Below are positions 57,646 through 59,375 of a stretch of DNA of 59,375 nt, in pieces (the first letter of the stretch is position 1; each line of letters starts with the position of its first letter). The translations under genes were made by a program, and so were the position numbers. The DNA comes from a virus. The stretch lies in the IMG/VR virus record IMGVR_UViG_3300029848_000008. One strand, written 5' to 3'. Below the pieces are notes generated by a model. That model worked only from the letters and a program-made list of their open reading frames with translations. It made no database searches and was not told the origin of the DNA.

Positions 57646-57659
57646 CTATTCTAGAATAG
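57646..57659. promoter_or_regulatory. Perfect 14-bp palindrome CTATTCTAGAATAG (operator candidate; contains TAGAAT on both strands)
   Basis: Read directly. Lies between 57695 and the RBS of 57632. Confidence 0.5.
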
Positions 57660-57694
57660 AATGCCCGCCGAAAGGAATCAAAAGCGAGTGAAGC

Positions 57695-57997
57695 CTAACC
57701 GAACCGGTTAAGCCAGCGCCGCATGGTGGCCTCGCAGGGGTAGTCCTCATAGCCAAGGGTTTCCACGGTAATCAGCCCTTCCAGCACCCCGCGGATCAGC
57801 TCTGCCTCATACCGCTGGTAGGGAACCACGTTTTCCGGCAGCACCCGGTGGACGGTGCGGCATGCCGGGCAGCGGTAACGTGGAATGTAGACGATCTGCT
57901 TTTTCTGGTGCTTGGTCCACAGCTTTCGCTTCACCGTGTCGAAATAGGTAAGCCTGCTCGCACAGCAGGGGCACAGCAGATTACCGCTGGGGATCAT
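57695..57997 (-). CDS. Zinc-ribbon protein (DUF6431-like)
   Basis: CPCCASRL...RYRCPACRTVHRVLPENVVPYQRY. First minus-strand gene, divergent from int. Confidence 0.45.
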   Translation of the reverse strand: MIPSGNLLCPCCASRLTYFDTVKRKLWTKHQKKQIVYIPRYRCPACRTVHRVLPENVVPYQRYEAELIRGVLEGLITVETLGYEDYPCEATMRRWLNRFG

Positions 57998-58020
57998 GAA
58001 ATTCTTCCTTTCGGTTCACT

Positions 58021-58079
58021 TCCTATAGGGCTTCTATAGGAGTTGACATTTCGTACATCATCCTATAAGATGAACGGGA
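58021..58079. promoter_or_regulatory. TCCTATAG repeats around the int promoter (operator/arm-site candidates)
   Basis: TCCTATAG (58021-28), inverted CTATAGGA (58034-41), TCCTATAA (58061-68, overlapping the -10). Confidence 0.5.
58043..58071 (+). promoter_or_regulatory. Sigma70-like promoter of int
   Basis: TTGACA (58043-48), 17-nt spacer, TAAGAT (58066-71). GGAGGA RBS before the ATG at 58104. Confidence 0.6.
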
Positions 58080-58103
58080 AGAAAGCAATGGAGGAAATGG
58101 TGT

Positions 58104-59351
58104 ATGCTCCTAAAATGCCCGGAATGCGAACTTCAGGTCAGCGACAAAGCGGCAAACTGCCCCCATTGCGGTTACCCACTAAACCCTATAGCTGGCACAC
58201 TTAAACCCATTAAGAGCAACAAACGGAAACGAAAACGCCTTCCAAACGGGTTTGGGCAAATATCAGAAGTGAAGGATCAACGCCTGCGCAAACCCTTTCG
58301 GGCCATGATATGCACGGGTAAAACACCCACAGGGCGGTACATCGTTCGTCCGCTGAAGCCTGAATCCTACTTTGCGACCTATAATGATGCCTACGCCGCC
58401 CTGCTGGAATACAACCGTAATCCCTACGATCTGGAGGCGGACATCACGGTGGCAGAGCTGTACGAGCGCTGGACCAACGTCTATTTTGAAAATCTGAAGT
58501 CCGATTCCAGCTGCCGGACCATTACGAACGCCTGGAAATACTGCTCCACGCTGTACAACATGCGGGTCAAGGATCTGCGGGCCCGGCACATCAAGGGCTG
58601 CATGGAGGAAGGAACCGCCAGCGTAAGAGGCGAGCTCCGCCGCGCCAGCCCGGGCGTACAGGGACGCATCAAATCCTTATTCAATCTGATGCTGGACTAC
58701 GCGCTGGAATATGAGCTGGTGGATCGGAACTACGCCCGCACCTTTGACATCTCGGACGACATCATCGAGGAACAGGAAAAGGCCCGGCGTGGCCATCTTC
58801 CCTTCACGGAGGAAGAAATGGAGCAGCTCTGGGCCCATGCGGACGACCGAAAGGACTATGTGGACGTGGTGCTGATTCAGTGCTACTCCGGCTGGCGTCC
58901 GCAGGAGTTGGGGCTGATTGAGCTGAAAAACGTGGATCTGACGAACTGGACGTTTACCGGCGGCATGAAAACCGACGCCGGACGGGAACGGATGGTGCCT
59001 ATTCATCCGCGCATTCGGGAGCTGGTCGCCCGGCGGTACAAGGAGGCACAAAACGCGGGCAGTCCATATCTCATCAGCTGTCCGGACGGGCGGACCCACT
59101 GCAGCAGCAAGCTTTTCACCTACGACAAATATCAGACCCGCTTTACCAAAATCAGGGACAGTCTGAACCTGAATCCTCAGCACCGCCCTCATGACGGACG
59201 GATGCACTTCATCACCCTGGCCAAGAAGTACAAGGTGGACGAATACGCCATCAAGTACATGGTTGGCCACCAGATTACGGACATCACCGAGAAGGTCTAC
59301 ACCCGCCGCGATCCCACCTGGCTGATGGACGAAATCTGCAAAATAAGATAA
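58104..59351 (+). CDS. int: Tyrosine-type site-specific integrase with an N-terminal zinc ribbon
   Basis: CPECELQVSDKAANCPHCG. Catalytic-domain residues in YSGWRPQEL, HRPHDGRMHF, GHQITDITEKVYT (R...H-x-x-R...H...Y). Confidence 0.9.
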   Translation: MLLKCPECELQVSDKAANCPHCGYPLNPIAGTLKPIKSNKRKRKRLPNGFGQISEVKDQRLRKPFRAMICTGKTPTGRYIVRPLKPESYFATYNDAYAALLEYNRNPYDLEADITVAELYERWTNVYFENLKSDSSCRTITNAWKYCSTLYNMRVKDLRARHIKGCMEEGTASVRGELRRASPGVQGRIKSLFNLMLDYALEYELVDRNYARTFDISDDIIEEQEKARRGHLPFTEEEMEQLWAHADDRKDYVDVVLIQCYSGWRPQELGLIELKNVDLTNWTFTGGMKTDAGRERMVPIHPRIRELVARRYKEAQNAGSPYLISCPDGRTHCSSKLFTYDKYQTRFTKIRDSLNLNPQHRPHDGRMHFITLAKKYKVDEYAIKYMVGHQITDITEKVYTRRDPTWLMDEICKIR

Positions 59352-59375
59352 ATGGTAAAACAAAAACTCCCTCGC
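59277..59375. repeat. Terminal direct repeat copy 2 (= 1..99)
   Basis: Identical 99 nt read directly at both window ends. Confidence 0.97.

Overview
The window is a complete ~59.3-kb temperate siphovirus-like phage genome, either a prophage or an episome assembled as a circle. Bases 1..99 are identical to 59277..59375, so the unique length is 59,276 bp, and the tyrosine integrase ORF (58104..59351) runs through the artificial junction. Only three credible genes are on the plus strand: int, and two small membrane-protein ORFs, each with its own sigma70-like promoter. Reading the minus strand from ~57997 downwards, the order is as follows. First come HTH and regulatory genes, then a long block of small membrane proteins including three paralogous 2-TM proteins. 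Next is a 1302-aa helicase-primase-PolB fusion, a DUF4160/DUF2442 pair, an SSB-like protein, a guanylate-kinase-like protein and an SNF2-like helicase. An accessory island follows (HepT/MntA toxin-antitoxin, a secreted 2xSH3b protein), then nucleotide-metabolism genes (a divergent ThyX-like protein and dCMP deaminase). After these come an iteron-like array, two PD-(D/E)XK nucleases, and an 897-aa protein carrying a beta-prime/RdRP/YonO-type DFDGD centre plus HTH modules. A ~400-bp structured non-coding region (possibly cos) precedes the HNH endonuclease, TerL, portal, a protease-capsid fusion, connectors, the major tail protein and the tail chaperones. A lysis cassette sits unusually in front of a 2076-aa tape measure. 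Three stacked secreted-protein cassettes then lie between the tape measure and Dit. These are followed by Tal, a multi-fibre module, and an AT-rich nuclease-like moron next to int. The main non-genic signals are four: a 28-nt promoter-like motif (CCGCG-A-tract-N-TTATGA/GA) present 8 times, only in the early half; a 17-bp GC palindrome and leader repeat family flanking the polymerase gene; an 8-mer iteron array; and duplicated junction sequences around the stacked cassettes. All functional calls come from motifs read by eye, since no searches were run. The host is probably a GC-rich Clostridia-type Firmicute, but that is inference only (AGGAGG ribosome-binding sites, ~55-60% GC by eye).
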